Shown one piece after another: positions 55,532 through 55,786 of a stretch of 55,786 nucleotides of DNA. The position numbers and the translations under genes were made by a program. A model generated the notes under the pieces. That model was not told the DNA's origin and did not search any database. It saw only the letters and a program-made list of their open reading frames with translations. The number at the start of each line of letters is the position of its first letter. Position 1 is the first letter of the stretch. The DNA comes from an uncultured virus (IMG/VR IMGVR_UViG_3300011008_000014) (Duplodnaviria > Heunggongvirae > Uroviricota > Caudoviricetes): IMG/VR virus record IMGVR_UViG_3300011008_000014; one strand, 5' to 3'.

Positions 55532-55606
55532 GGTGCCCGCTCGGACTCGAACCGAGGACATTCAGAACCACAATCTGACGCTCTAACCAACTGAACTACG
55601 GGCACC
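55532..55606 (-). tRNA. tRNA-His (GTG)
   Basis: Cloverleaf with G-1:C73, acceptor GTGCCCG/CGGGCAC, anticodon arm TCAGA-TTGTGGT-TCTGA, T-loop TTCGAGT; TACCTTTG promoter at 55625-55632. Confidence 0.97.
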
Positions 55607-55751
55607 ATTTCTGAATTGCGGGTGCAAAGGTAGTAAATATTTGGGATACCACCAAACTTTTCTTGGAAATATTGAAAAAAAATTGTAGGTTTCTTCATTT
55701 TTTGCTATCTTTGCAGTTCAGAAGACAAACAGAATTAAAGAATTAGCACTT

Positions 55752-55786
55752 ATGGAATATATGTCGCAAGAAGGCTACGACAAATT
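55752..55786 (+). CDS. greA: Transcription elongation factor GreA, N-terminal fragment (host gene)
   Basis: MEYMSQEGYDK matches the GreA N-terminus; TATCTTTG promoter at 55706-55713; only 11 codons visible. Confidence 0.65.
   Translation, partial: MEYMSQEGYDK

Noticed and set aside
55343..55561. N-terminal extension of the integrase ORF given by the track (start 55561)
   Set aside because: Overlaps the tRNA and att repeats; MATLKV at 55342 is the typical start

Overview
The window is the right-hand ~55.5 kb of a temperate siphovirus-like prophage in a Bacteroidales host. The host call rests on TAnnTTTG promoters and a Prevotella-like greA start at the far end. The prophage is integrated next to the 3' end of a tRNA-His gene by a tyrosine integrase. 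Gene order: tail assembly chaperone with a likely -1 frameshift, antirepressor, ~11 kb of small early-type genes, tape measure, distal tail, tail hub, an inserted moron/regulatory block (lipoprotein, EVE-like + PD-(D/E)XK nuclease, HTH repressor, DUF2693, ParB-like), tail-fibre genes, a complete diversity-generating retroelement (2256-aa target with VR, hairpin, avd, TR, RT), holin-amidase-spanin, two divergent small-gene clusters, integrase, tRNA-His, host greA. The most novel-looking signal is a ~90-nt promoter-to-terminator non-coding unit at 11850-11940. Its unpaired segment (TCTAAATGGTTTTG) is antisense to an AACCATTTAGA motif found in sense orientation in the leaders of about eight phage genes, suggesting a multi-target antisense-RNA control system. 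All family assignments are from motif recognition by eye; no searches were run.
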